Part shown: positions 51,280 to 64,000 of the stretch, one piece after another
How positions within the stretch are numbered: the stretch's first letter is position 1
Layout: every line of letters begins with the position of its first letter
Assembly (NCBI GenBank): GCA_951804945.1
Contig: OX638153.1
Span: 45,322,001-45,386,000 of the forward strand
From: Podarcis cretensis
Lineage: Eukaryota
Direction: 5' to 3'
DNA: 64,000 nt
Position numbers and translations under genes: made by a program
Notes under the pieces: model-generated
The model's database searches: none
Told to the model about the DNA's origin: nothing
The model's input: only the letters and a program-made list of their open reading frames with translations

Positions 51280-51572
51280 AGAATAAGAATTTATTATTTA
51301 TACCCAGCCCATCTGGCTGGGTTTCCCCAGCCACTCTGGGCGGCTTCCAACAGAACACTAAAATACAATAACCTATTAAACATTAAAAGCTTCCCTAAAC
51401 AGGGCTGCCTTCAGATGTCTTCTAAAAGTTTGGTAGTTATTTTTCTCTTTGACATCTGGTGGGAGGGTGTTCCACAGGGCAGGTGCCACTACCGAGAAGG
51501 CCCTCTGCCTTGTTCCCTGTAACTTGGCTTCTTGTAGCGAGGGAACCGCCAGAAGGCCCTCGGCACTGAACC
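51280..51572 (-). mobile_element. L2-clade LINE 3' fragment
   Basis: Minus strand encodes RAFSVVAPALWNTLP, typical of L2 ORF2 C-termini, followed by an AT-rich tail. Confidence 0.75.
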
Positions 51573-51728
51573 ATCATGGTGTCTTCCAAAATGCTGACAG
51601 TGTTTATAATAATGCAAACAGAATTATGATGTTCTGACTATAGAATTGTGGCTTTAGTGCCAATTTTGACTTCACTTCAATTTTGACTTCACTTCAATTG
51701 TGGCTTTAGTGCCAATTTTGACTTCACA

Positions 51729-51944
51729 CTTCAGGTTACAGACGCTTCAGGTTACAGACTCCGCTAACCCAGAAATAGTACCTCGGGTTAAGAACTTTGC
51801 TTCAGGATGAGAACAGAATCGTGCTCCGGCGGCGCGGTGGCAGCAGGAGGCCCCATTAGCTAAAGTAGTGCTTCAGTTAAGAACAGTTTCAGGTTAAGAA
51901 CGGACCTCCGGAATGAATTAAGTACTTAACCAGAGGTATCACTG
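51729..51944. mobile_element. Tc1/mariner-type MITE lacking its left end
   Basis: Highly similar to 59523-59764; right end GAGGTATCACTG|TA intact. Confidence 0.85.
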
Positions 51945-52293
51945 TATTCTGGTTACTCGTTGTCCCAGAATTGGTTACTAGTACAGATAATCTCATAAGA
52001 ATTGGAGCTAAGCACACTTGGATCAAAAGAACTCCACCTTTCCATTCACAAAGGAAGGTTTTAGGAAGAGTGGAAATAGAGAAATTAAACTTTTTGCTTA
52101 TCCTAAGAAAAACAACTGTGGTTACAGATAATTTACTCCTTCCTTCCTAGTTTACTATAAGACCCAAACCTTGTGAAATGGCAATTACAGTTAAATTAGG
52201 GAGAAATGTAGTTTCAAAACATTCTTCCTACTAACTCTCCCCCCTCCTCCGGATCTAAAACCAGTCTTCTAAATAATCATTTTATATTTGGAT

Positions 52294-52410
52294 GGTGGTA
52301 GTCAACTAAATCCTACTCAAAGTAGACCTGTTGAAACTAAGGAACCTAACTTAGTCATGTCCATTAAATTCAAAGGGACTATTCTTGTTAGGACTAGCAA
52401 ATACCACCCA
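52294..52410. mobile_element. Palindromic MITE family copy (degraded)
   Basis: GGTGGTAGTCAACTAAA...ATACCACCC; homologous to 29935. Confidence 0.55.
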
Positions 52411-53199
52411 TACTGCCAAAATACTCTTTCCTCACACATCTAAATGTTATAAATACAATTCTACAAAGACAAAATGCACACATTGTAAACATAAGGAATA
52501 ATATATTTAAGGGAATAGATATGAGGAATTCATACATTTATGTGTATAAAAAGGCTTTCTTATTTACATGTAATCAGTAATAGCTGAATTTAACTGCTAC
52601 CTGTTGACCTATTTTTTTAAAAAAAGTGATCAAAGGTTCAAGACAACACCATCCCAGTGACACTCTCCCTTCTTTTGTATGCCATTATAGTTTCATACTT
52701 AACTTTATAGATGTAGTTGAACTTGATAAATATAAATGTGTAAGTGTCATTTGTAGCAGGTTGTCTCAGAAAGTTGGGAGAATGGGGAAAGTTTTAATTG
52801 GAAATATTTTACCAGTACATAGCTTAATAGGCATGAGCAGGAGAGGCATTGAATTAAGTCCAAGAGGGAAAGGAAGGTAATAGGCTTTGTTTTGACATTT
52901 GGTAAATGGCACCATTTCCCCCGCTTTAAGGTGATATTATTTGTTATCTTTGTGATATCAACCACCGTTAGCAATCCCTAACCCCATCTCAGGCCTATTT
53001 GCATGCCTAGCAATCAATGTACTGCTTGATAATGGATGAAGTAAGGGCTGCTATGCTTAACAGGCCTGGAAAGAAAGTGCCAAGAATTAATGTGGCTGTA
53101 GAGGAGAGGAACAATGATCACAACTGAGTAGCAGTGCAGGTCAGAGACAAATGTGAGCATCCCAAAAGATGGAAAGAAAAAGAAGCAGGGAAAGAAATT

Positions 53200-53255
<56 letters not shown>

Positions 53256-53256
53256 A
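53200..53256. repeat. (AAAG)n microsatellite
   Basis: Direct tetranucleotide run. Confidence 0.95.
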
Positions 53257-54559
53257 AAGTTGGGCAGGGGAGATGAAGGCAAAACCAGCTGAGGAGAGAG
53301 TTGGGATGGCATTGCTCATTCGCTAAGCTACAACTCCTTCACATTTCAACACATGCTCCAGCATGTGTTTAAAATCTTGCACTCCAGAACTCTGGTAATT
53401 GATAGTAGAAATTATTCCTGAGTAGGATTGGACTCAGTTCAGCCCTTTGTGTAAGTGTGCACAGGGTTGCAGCCTAAGTATTAGAATGTGTAAGATTCCA
53501 TACAAAGAAAAAAAGCAAAAGTTATTGCGGAAACTTAGAAACTGTGGAAATACTTGCTTGATTGCAGGGCAGCGAATCTGCTTTGTTACTTCTAATGGGT
53601 TGTGGGTTGCATTCAAAATAGTGCCAAAGCTAAGGTTCTGCCAGTGCAAGGATTTCTCCTTGAGTAATGGAGCATTGTTTCACACTCCTCTCCCCATGTG
53701 CTACCTAAATCTACTCTGGAATTTTCTCCAATTCTCCAGAGTGGGGTTGGGGGATAGTGGAGGGGGTGTGCTGGGGGTGTCCCATTGCACTAGTGGTAAT
53801 CCTTGTGGGCGTGCAGATATTTTGTTGAATATCACCTTAAATAATTCTCTTTTTGCAAAGCAAGATTGGTCTGCTAGGGGGAAAAATAGAAAAGCAGAAC
53901 AGAGATCAAGTACTTTGAATTTCATGGACATTACTAACATGTTGTGTTATTGGATACCAAACTGCAATTTGTTTCTGCTCTTCTTCTTTGAGTCATGAGG
54001 TGATGATATTGACAAAGGAGAACACTTTTAAAAGGAAGACTTTAAACAATATCTGAGAAATTGCTGAAGTTGTTTGTCTTCTAATAATATTATTAACTTT
54101 TGCCCCATTAAGAACAAGAGAAATTCTGTGAAAGCAAACTGGAGATGTTTCAGTAGTGGAGATCACTGCTTAGTTTGCATGTTCCACCATTCTTACTTTT
54201 CTAATCCTGAAGAGAAATTTGAAAGAACAATTCAAAACTTCAGCTGAGTCTTTGATCTTGGATTAGAACATTCACAAAATAGTAACCTGACCCCATTCTT
54301 TGGTTTAGCCTTCCATTCAGTTTTGAAAAACTGTTAGAAGGAAGACTTACGAAGAAAAGCTGCAAAAGAGCAATACCGGCACACCATCCTTTTTAAGCTT
54401 GCTGCCCTTTTGCTTAATTTGTATGTTTGACTCAGTCTACACCTTTTCACTGATCTGTGCTCTTGGCATTACTCATTCCTTGAATGGCATTTGGACATGA
54501 CCCTGTATTTCAGCATAATTCTTAAAACCTCAGTGAATAGCTTTTCTGGTTGTTTTCAG

Positions 54560-54614
54560 CACACTCCAAAGAAGATGAGTCAAGGACCCACTCTCTTTTC
54601 TTGTGGAATTATGG
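54560..54614 (+). CDS. FAM53B: FAM53B second coding exon (55 nt); gene continues beyond window
   Basis: HTPKKMSQGPTLFSCGIM identical to the recalled human sequence; ttttcag acceptor, G|GTGAGT donor; phase matches the previous exon. Confidence 0.95.
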
Positions 54615-54690
54615 GTGAGTAAGGAGAAAGCCTCTAATTTTTTATTGCACGTTATAATGCTGGTGGGAAATGCAACAGGGCTCTCGGAGC

Positions 54691-54922
54691 TAGGGATGGG
54701 GGAATCTGTCATTTTCAGTAATATATGCATTTTTATGCATATTTTACCATAGGATGTGCATTTTTGTACACATTATTTGGCTGGAGAAATTTAATTCAGT
54801 TTGCTTTTAAAGGCAAATCTAACTAATCTGCACTTTCAAAAGCAATACACGAACCGAAACACATTAATCTTTCAGAATTTTCACTTCTCCAAATTTTGCT
54901 ACGTGGTTCTCCCTCATTCCTA
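54691..54922. mobile_element. hAT-family MITE with TAGGGATG terminus
   Basis: TAGGGATGGGGGA...TCCCTCATTCCTA; 8-bp TSD CTCGGAGC / CTTGGAGC. Confidence 0.8.
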
Positions 54923-55617
54923 CTTGGAGCTGATTCAGTGTTTTGTTACTAGCAAAAACTGTGGGGTTTTTTTGCAAGCTGAGAAATCCATTTCCTAATT
55001 TCTCATGCGCTTTTCTTTAAATTCCATATGGCTGGCAGTTGATCTGCTTTATGTTACACAATATAGCGCTCAGCTGATGAGCTCTGTGTGTGCCCTGCAT
55101 GTCAAAACTCCAGGTGACCTCAGTCTCATCTCAAATATTGTAGAAGTTAGTAAATCACCCATCTTCACTCCGGTCTAAACCAGATGTACTTAATTGAGAC
55201 AACTGACTAGGATTCCAGATTCCAAGCAAAGCATTCTAGTGTCTTGAAAAATCAGCTCAATGACACATCTGGTATATTCAAACTTTACGTTTAGTGATGC
55301 TTGATAATCAAGTTCCATTTATTCACAGGTATGAACTAAAATTTGCCTGCTTGCTCCAAACCTGGGTTTTGCATTGCTGAGTATTTCAAGGCTATCTTAT
55401 TTTGAATCTCACTTATTTTAACAGTAATACATAAAAGTGAAGTGATACATTCATTCCTAGTCTGTATAGTGTTTAAGAGAAAGTGTAGTGTAATGTTTAA
55501 AACTTCACAGTATGGTATTTTAAAAAGAAGCAATAATAATTGGGCAATCACTATTTAATTGGTATTCTTGTGCTGCAGTCAACAAAAGTTCATACTGTAC
55601 TGGCACACAAGCTGCCA

Positions 55618-55620
<3 letters not shown>

Positions 55621-55664
<44 letters not shown>
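55621..55664. repeat. (GT)n microsatellite
   Basis: Direct dinucleotide run. Confidence 0.95.
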
Positions 55665-55667
<3 letters not shown>

Positions 55668-58054
55668 ACAGCCTTATGATGTTTGAGGTTTGGCTGGATG
55701 TTCTTGGAGGCCTGGCAGTTCTGAAAGATGTAGTACTGCATTGTGTTCATTAGTTTCTTATATGACTGGGCAATGACCTCCAGACCCAATTAAAACTTTA
55801 GGCCCAACTATTCTATAACAAAAGCTGGTACTTTACAAACAAAGAATCTGTTCCCACCATTCACAGGCATTACCCTCATTAGTATTAATGGGAGCTGAGC
55901 AACTGTATTGGGAGAGACATTTCTCAAGCTTCCAGACAGGAAAGTCATCTGAGATGAGAGTGAGGGGGAAATACAAAGTGTTTTTGAATTATTATGATTC
56001 TTTTGCCTCAGATGGAAGGTGCAGGCTTCAAAGTAAAAAAATAAAGTGACAGAAACAGTCTATTCTATTTATGTTTTATGTGAAGAATCAAACAAGAAAC
56101 AAATAATACCAAATCAATTAGCCAAACAATATATAGAAGTCTAAGAAGCTTGTTTATGACTACTTTTCTATAAAACTTTTCCCGTTCAAGCTACACTGAT
56201 ATGGTCTTTATTTGCTAAAGTGTCCTGTTTCCAAGGGAACCCAATCTTACCTTGCTGACCATAGCATCCCCTGTGCAATTTTCTTTGCCAGTTCCAGTGA
56301 AAAAGAGCAAATCCCATTGACATTATTTTTGTTTTGCTTTGTAATGTTTGTCATCTCTTCCAATGCCTTCTTCCTTGGCCCAGATTAACCAACCATTGTT
56401 GAAACTTGCCCAGATAGGTTCAGTGCTGACAACCACAATGAATTTCCAACTGCCAAGCTGTTTCTGAGTGTCAGCAGCGAGCCAGCAGTAAATCACACTA
56501 TACAAGTTAGAGTTAACTCCTTATTAGCAAAAACATGTTCTGCACAGGAGTGTCAGGCCTAATGAGCACAGCAAGTCATCTCAGGTAGGTCTTGCCCCCA
56601 AGAAGCAGTTACTGAGACTGAAGGTTTCCACCTCCCCACAGCTGCCAAAGTCCCCTCCTATCCAGGGTATTTTCCAAGCAATCAGAGACTGTGTCTATGC
56701 ATTGCCAATCTTTCCTCCGCCCTTTTCATGTCCCTTCTGGTTCTGGGAGACAATGGAGGAGGCGAGCTTGTTGCAGCAGGAGGGGAAGGCACCATGACTC
56801 TTTACCAACCTGACTCATCTCTGCCTCTTGGCCTCTCTCCTCCCACCCTCCTGCTTCAGCTTCTGGGCATCTTTCTGCCACTGTCCTTCCCAGCTCACTA
56901 AGCCTTGTGACCACCTCAGCTTCCAACATCTCCTCTTTCGAGTCTTCTCCCTCTGATCACTCATCATTGTCCCACTACCACTCCCCAGGTTTTGAGCCTT
57001 CTTCCCTTGGGGGTTCCCCAGCTGGTTCCTCCCACCATTCATCTGTGCCCAACCAGTCTAATAGAGGCAGGATGTTGCAAGAACTAATTGTCTATTTGGA
57101 TTTCAGCAGAGACGGGGTGGGGGGAGAGATATAGATAAAGCTGGCATATCCATAGAAGATGCAACAATGACCTTGAGAAGCTGTTGTGCAAGTCTAGCAT
57201 TGGAATGATAACAGGATAAGTTCTGTGACAGGCCATCTTTGCCCAGAGCATGGACTGAGGCAAATGGGAAAGGGTGGCTTATATCTACTGCTTTATAAGT
57301 CATGGGAAAACTTTACTTTTGGCCCTGCCCGTTAGGTCAACTTGCTTTAAAGAGAAGGCTAGTGAAACCAGACACTTTTGTAGAACCTCTTTAGCACTAT
57401 TCAGCACAAAGCCTGAGGAGGGATTTTGAGTGTGGTTGACCAAACACGCTTAGAATTCTTCTTTAGACATACAAGATGAATACACGAAAATCTGAAGTGG
57501 AACTGTATGGATGTTGGGTGTGGGTTCGTATATCCATTTTAAGCCCACATGCATTCGCCGCACATATAAATAGGACTTTGGTCTCAAGTGTGCTGATGCC
57601 ATATCTTCCAATATTCCTATTATGTTCTCACGTTCCCTATTAAAAAAAAACATTGATAAATCTATGAAAACTTCACACATTTGAGTTTGATTGAAATATT
57701 TGAGATTTTTTTGCCATTTTTTGAATAAAAAAAATAATATGCTTTGGGCTTTCCTCTTTCTGCAGCTATTTTAGTTGCTTTTAGGCTTTATAACCCTAAC
57801 CAAGTTATTGGCGTTCATTTAATATTGTGTTTCTATTAGAGTACTATCATTAGCTTTCTTAGGCTTCCAGTTTGTCTGAAAAGGGGCTGTTTCCCCTTTC
57901 AGGCTTTGTTTTATTTCAATCCTTCTGTCACTTTCACACTAGCATTGCTTGATGACAATTACTGAAGCGTGTCCCTTAAAAAAGTGGTGGAAACAACTTT
58001 TATCAGCTTTATTTGGAGAAAATGTGTGTGTATATTTCCTAGTAGCATTCACTG

Positions 58055-58058
<4 letters not shown>

Positions 58059-58126
<68 letters not shown>
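58059..58126. repeat. Compound (CT)n(CA)n microsatellite
   Basis: Direct dinucleotide runs. Confidence 0.95.
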
Positions 58127-59522
58127 TTATTTATCATAACACAGTTATATTTGGAGAAAAAGTATCTGTATACATATTGCTCATTTGCATTAATTTGCTG
58201 TCTCTCCATCATCACAACACTGTGCCAAGGAAAGGTTTTGCTAAGGAGAAAACCAGTTTTGTAGGGGAAAACAATAAAAAAACTAATTCCTGCTTAATTA
58301 TATGCATTTTTACTCCGTCGTATGTGCTGCTAAGCTCAATGGAGCTTGCTCTCAAGTAAATAGGCAGAAGGTTTCAGCCTTTCCTGGTGAATAGTTAATG
58401 CAGATATCTGAAAAGGCCTCAGATACCACTTGATACGCTATTAAAAAACATCAGTCTTCATCAAATATTTGTCAAGTCACAGTGCCCTAGATCATTTCCC
58501 CCCCTTTTCTTAAAGGGCAAGAATCCTCTGAGTTTAAAAAAATGTTGAAATTGGTATAATTACCGCCAAGAGAAGAGTGTAAAAGAATACTGTTCGTGAT
58601 TTTTGTTTTGCAGGAAAAAGCATAGAAGATATTGCTATATTGCTATAAATTCAGCCTTGAGCAAGAACAATTTTGTATGCCTTGCTTGAGTAGCCCTTGA
58701 ATCATGTGCAAATAAATCGTTGCTGTTATGGAACAGAATATTTCTTTTATCCTCCCAGACAGCCAATATTATATTTCTCCAGTCAAAAGGGATACAAATG
58801 TAGTGGGTGGGAGGGTCACAAAGAAAAGCTGGTTCAACATAATGTTTAGGCAGTAAAACTATGGTTTTTTTTGCTTTTAAAAAATATGTTCTGTAGCCAA
58901 AGGAGGAATTGAAGCAAATATTTAATGCAATGCTGCACCCTAATTCCTCTCTTAGAGATTAAAAGGAAAATATTGGCTGCCGTTCTCAAGCTGCCTTTCC
59001 CAGAGTTGGTCCATTCATGTCAGTAGTGGAATTTGGCTAGCTTTAGGATTTTGTATTGCGAATGTTCAGTATTAATAGTGGTAAAAAAAGGCCTTCCTTC
59101 ACGAATTTATTCTGTTGTTTTACTAAAGGAGCATTGGTAACTTGGGGGCAACCTGATGCTCAGAGTTATGATGCACAATTCTTAAGGAAGAGTCCCTATA
59201 AAGGCAGCATCTATTTCTGAGGTTTGACAGCTAGGTGGGAGAGTTTGCTGAACTCCTGTGGGGTTTAATGTTTTGGAGCTTTTGGCTCCCATCTTATCCG
59301 TACACTAGGGGTTGAAGCACTGAACATATTCCGCTGTATATATCCAGACACTGGCGTGTGCCCTGAATATACCTAAAGCAGATGCAGAGCTTTTACAAAC
59401 AGCATTGAGGGTGTCGACTAGTTTCTTAAAGTAGCTGGCATGTTCTTTAAAGTTCCTGGCATGGCAGGAACTCATGTTGTTGAAAAGAGATGCAAAAGCC
59501 ACGTGCCCAAGAGAAAGATATA

Positions 59523-59764
59523 CAGTGGTACCTTGGGTTACAGATGCTTCAGGTTACAGATGCTTCAGGTTACAGACTCCACTAACCCAGAAATAGTACC
59601 TTGGGTTAAGAACTTTGCTTCAGGATGAGAACACAAATCGTGCTCCGGCGGCGAGGCGGCAGTGGGAGGCCCCATTAGCTAAACTGGTACCTCAGGTTAA
59701 GAACAGTTTCAGGTTAAGAATGGACCTCCAGAACGAATTAAGTTCTTAACCTGAGGTACCACTG
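59523..59764. mobile_element. Tc1/mariner-type MITE (242 bp)
   Basis: TA|CAGTGGTACCT...AGGTACCACTG|TA; same family as 22700. Confidence 0.9.
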
Positions 59765-60339
59765 TAATAATCTTTAACTTCAATTAGAACTGGGCCAAAA
59801 CAGAAGCCCGTCTTCTGTGGTATCTGCTACTTTTCTCATAGACAATGTAACTGGTAATGTTCATTGATCTCCTCTCAGTTCTGCCTCAAATACACTAGAT
59901 CTACAGTCGACATGGCCAAAGGGATTTTGATGTCTGCCTGAGATGCTAAATCCAAGCAATGCCTCCAGCTGTGATGGTAAAAATAAAACACAAAGCCAAA
60001 TATTTGACAATTTTCTGCTGTAATGGCAGAATTTGGATGCATCTCCCACTTCTTATAGGTCAGACACATGCTTTATTAGGAAACCAGTAGAATTGGCAGG
60101 CACTGTTTCAACAAACATGCAACAGTTTATGGATCAAAATATAAAATTGTTATAGAGCCAGTTCGAGGGAAGTTTCATTCACTCCTCATTTTCAGCGTGT
60201 GTGTCTAGTGACAGCTGATGGGGAGCACAGACACAGCTTTTAGCTCTTCATGTTACTATTTATTTTTCTGGGTTATACCTTGAACCCTTTACAATATGGA
60301 AATATAAGCATTTGATCTTTCTTGGCTCCTTCTTTATTA

Positions 60340-60490
60340 AACGAAGCAGTAAGAGCAGTTCAGCAATGGAACCAATTTCCTAGAGTTGGGTGTTCTGTCC
60401 CTTGCTGTGGTCTTCAAGCAGAAGGCAGACAACCATATCTTGGGATTCTCTATATTTCCTGCATCGAGCACTGGGACTGCAAAGCCACTT
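60340..60490 (+). mobile_element. Degraded CR1 3' fragment
   Basis: agagcagttcagcaatggaacc...gtcttcaagcagaaggcagacaaccat resembles the CR1 ORF2 terminus. Confidence 0.45.
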
Positions 60491-61439
60491 CCAACTCTTA
60501 TTTTTTTAATGCAGCCAGCAACCACAGTAGTTTAGCATTTTCTTAAGCAAGAGCTAAAGGTAAAAATGGTTGCTCCCAACCTTTTTGTTAATTGAAAACC
60601 CTATTTAATTTGGAATTAGTCATTGAGAATTTCACTTTAACAGCTTTGCCTCAGGTTTGGTGGGCATGATTCAATAAACATCAGTAACTGGGCAAAATAT
60701 TTGAACTACCTTTAATGAGATTGTTTTAAGGCACACACATAATTTTGCTGGCATTATTTCCTCCCACTTTTTTGCCTTTGTGAAAAGGAACTTTCTGTGT
60801 TGTACTGATTTTTAAAAGCTTTATAAAAGAGAGAGAGGAGAGGGAGATGAAAAATAATGCTGGATGCAAAATTCAGAAATATCGTAAAAGGAAATCTACA
60901 CTGATTTGATTTTGGCATCATTGTTTTAGAATATAAATAGCATCATTTGTTACGAGAGCTACGTGACTTGTGCTGGAGCTATCTTAATAGATAGTTAGGA
61001 ATAAGGACATTTTGCTGCACTCTTCCTTCCAAAATGGATCATCTAATTTTCCACTTGGGAGGTGCTGAGTACAAAAGTAGCAATGGGAGGTGGATAGTGT
61101 GCTGGAATGCTGGAGAGGAATCCGTGTCCTTTGTTGTACTGCTGGTTTTGCTCCAACCAGGGGTGGCGGGCCCTACTATATCATTTGCACCACCTGCCGC
61201 ACCAGCCTCTGGGGGACCTGCGGCCTTTCAGATGTGCCTCTCCAGTATAAGATGGTGCTCCAACTCCCATCAGTCACAGACAGCATGGCCATTAGTTGGG
61301 GATGATGTGAGTTGTAGTCTGGGCCAAACTCAGGGTGTTACTGTTGCTGTATAAAGCCCTGAACCACTTTGGGACAGTTTACTTGAAGGATTGCCTCAGC
61401 CCATATGCACCCATTTGACCATTTGGATCGGTGGAACTG

Positions 61440-61620
61440 GCACTTCTTCAAGTTCCACAAAATGTGTGTTCTGCACTTGCAAGACATCGGTCCTTTAGTG
61501 TGGCAGCACCTATATTTCAGAAGTTCCTGCCCACTGATATTAGGCATGTGCCTCCACTGTCTTGTTTTTCTCTCCTGTTAATCCGCTTTTTTTCTTTCAG
61601 CAAGCCTACCCAGACACGGA
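61440..61620 (+). mobile_element. Degraded L2 3' fragment
   Basis: RSFSVAAP...LPTDIR remnant in ORF 61431..61640. Confidence 0.55.
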
Positions 61621-64000
61621 ACCTTAGCATGCAATTTTGACAAGTGTTTTAGAATTACTGATTCTATTTTCTGTTATATATATATATATCTATGCAGCTA
61701 GTTTTGAACGCTTGTTTCTTAGTGGCATTTTAAATGAATATTTTATGCTGTCCATTGTAAGCAGCTCGGAGGTATTTTGTCAAACTTTCATTTATTGTAA
61801 TTGGACATTGGTTAAATAAAATATAACTAAATAGGGCAGCAACGTACCAAGGGCCACAGGTGTGCCTCCTGTGATCTATAACACCAGCAACAGATGGTGA
61901 GGGAAGGGGCTTCCTTCCTGTTATGCCTAAGTGGGTTGTGGGATGCTTCTCTCTTCTGGCATTTCTGTGGGGAAGTGGGGCATAAATGTTTGCTGCTTTG
62001 TTTGCAAGAGAACAGTGGGGCTTGGTGATAAATGTTCCACGTCCTCACACCAGCTTAGGTGTAGGGGAATTCCTGTTAAATGTAACCACTGTGGTCGTCT
62101 CTGAGGCAACCTTTCTGAGGTGAAGTGGGCTGTGGTGCTCTTAGGAAACGAAGTGTGAGATGGAGGCTACAGTTAGGAGTCCACACCTTACATAAATCCC
62201 TATAAGAGTTCTGAAGAAACAAAAGGGAACTCTGAGGCTCCCGAATCAGGATTTCAAGCTCTTCAATCTGTCAACGTTGTTTCCAGACTTGTATGCCTCA
62301 CCTCTTCCTGTTGCCAAGTGTCCGCATAAAACAGATTGTCTAAATGACTAATTGCTATGTACGTATAACAGGAAATAATTTGAGTGAAGCTCTTATTCCA
62401 TTCCTGTTGACTACACTTTGCTCTTTCGGCTAATTAATCTATAGAAAGAAGTTAACCCCCTACCCCATTTTGCATCAACAGTACCACTCTCCCTGAATAT
62501 TCTGTGTGACAGGGGACCCTTGCATTTTGCATTGGCTGGTAAGCTAGCTCTGATGTGAAATCTTAATGTGTCATCTGCAGGACTGAATCAGGGATGCTTG
62601 CCTGTTTTTTTGACAGAAGCAGATGTGTATGAGTGTGGGAGTAGCCACACCCTGACTCTGCCGTCTCTAGTCTCTCCTCAGCCCTTTCTTAATCTTGATG
62701 TTTGTTCAAGTGGTGCCAAGTACAGGTTATCCAGTCTCCTCAGGGAATAGCTGCGGAGGTCTGATGAGCAAAGCAGATTTTCAGATGAGTGATTCCTTAT
62801 CGGGCAGAGGTGCCAGTTTCTGGCCTTGATCTTTCTTAGGCCTGTTGTCTTTTTTCACACACAAACACACACGAAAAGCACTTGAAGGCACTTTCTTTGT
62901 CCCAGGTATGCATAGTGAAGTTGCACACTCATTTTGGATATAGAAAAGGGCATTTTCCTATCATTCCAAAATCAGCTAAATAATGCCACGAAGCGTCAGT
63001 TCAAAGCAAATGTTTTCCAGGACGTGATCTGGCCATGCTGGGGCATGTTTGGAAAACATCGCCGCAAAGAATTACAGGAAATGTCACCTCTGTCCAGAAT
63101 GATTTTGGACTCTCAGTTTCTTAGGGAACAGGGAAAAATAACTTCGGTACCTTTTGTGTTACCAAGGACAACTTGGCAACCAAACGTATTCCCCATTTAC
63201 CAAGTGGCAAGACTGGTAGGTCCAGGCCAATTTAACCATATACTTTTTTCAGTTTTACATCAGTGAAGGAAGGTTTAGCACCTGTATTTCTAAAGACCAT
63301 GTGTGTGTTGGAGCAGGAGATATAGAGTGGGGAGAAGACTCAAACCATCTTGCTTTTATGGGAACTTTGTGCAAAAGGATTTCAGGCACACAGTAATGTT
63401 GCTGGTTCCTCCCTCTTGTTTTGGCTCCATTTCTTCAGCACAGTGGCACTGAGTTCATTTTTAGATGAAGCAATGCCATACCATCTAAAACAAATAAGTG
63501 GATTGTTGGGAGGAGAGGAATGCATGGACTTATTTCCTTAAGGAAAAAAAAACTTTTAATTTTGGGGAAAGGCTTTTTTAGCTTTTAAGATTAAGAAACA
63601 AAGAAGGCTTTGGGGGAAATATTAACCTGTTCATCTTGGAGCAAAATGTTGGGTCCAGTATGCATGTGTGTAAGCCACAGACCTTGCTGTGATGTTTTAT
63701 TCTGATGAGGCACACTTTGTGCTGTCATTTCATTTTTTCCCCCAACCTAGATGCTTTATCTTTGAAAATCTTTGTGTGTATGTGTTGGGTGCAGCAGGAA
63801 AGCACGAGTGGTTTCTGTGTCATCACTGCCAGCTAATTACTGCCATTAAACTCATTCTACAATGAGAAGCCACATATTTCATAAATGAAGTGTGCAATGG
63901 AAAGTACAAACTGCTGGTTTCCTAACACTCTTGGCGTACCAGGCAAATAGTACACAAGGAAGTAAATTAAATGCAGGTGCAAGAGATCATGATAAAATAT

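Noticed and set aside
51644-51730. Short repeats superficially like a CRISPR array
   Set aside because: No unique spacers, eukaryotic intron context, no cas genes
53447-53998. 183-aa ORF (also 36901..37422 and 50277..50765)
   Set aside because: No recognisable homology, Cys/Leu/Phe-rich random composition, intronic or spanning a MITE or acceptor
56551-57230. Possible solo LTR (TGTCA...TGACA); similar candidates near 23.4-23.9 kb and 36.2-36.6 kb
   Set aside because: No convincing target-site duplication or second copy in the window

Overview
This is vertebrate genomic DNA, most likely a squamate (lizard), inferred from Sauria-type SINEs and abundant short DNA-transposon derivatives. It carries the conserved ABRAXAS2 / EEF1AKMT2 / FAM53B gene order. 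(1) ABRAXAS2 (FAM175B) coding exon 1 lies on the minus strand (3433..3362); the rest of the gene is left of the window. (2) A complete 6-exon EEF1AKMT2 (METTL10) CDS lies on the plus strand (4092..11175, 657 nt, 218 aa), head-to-head with ABRAXAS2 across a CpG-island promoter. (3) The 5' part of FAM53B lies on the plus strand: a CpG island near 16.8-18.2 kb, an inferred ~33 kb first intron, and coding exons 50759..50827 and 54560..54614. The gene continues beyond the window. The remainder is intron or intergenic DNA with SINEs, CR1/L2 fragments, Tc1/mariner- and hAT-type MITEs and microsatellites. Almost all ORFs in the supplied track are spurious. I see no evidence of a new multi-gene system. 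The most unusual observations are a young Sauria SINE flanked by an identical 129-bp direct duplication that begins inside a splice donor, a GC-AG intron with a competing GT donor, a uATG-dense FAM53B leader exon, a foldback element with GGG termini and a 4-bp duplication, and a templated-insertion scar replacing a MITE end. Gene and repeat identities rest on recalled homology, not on database searches.
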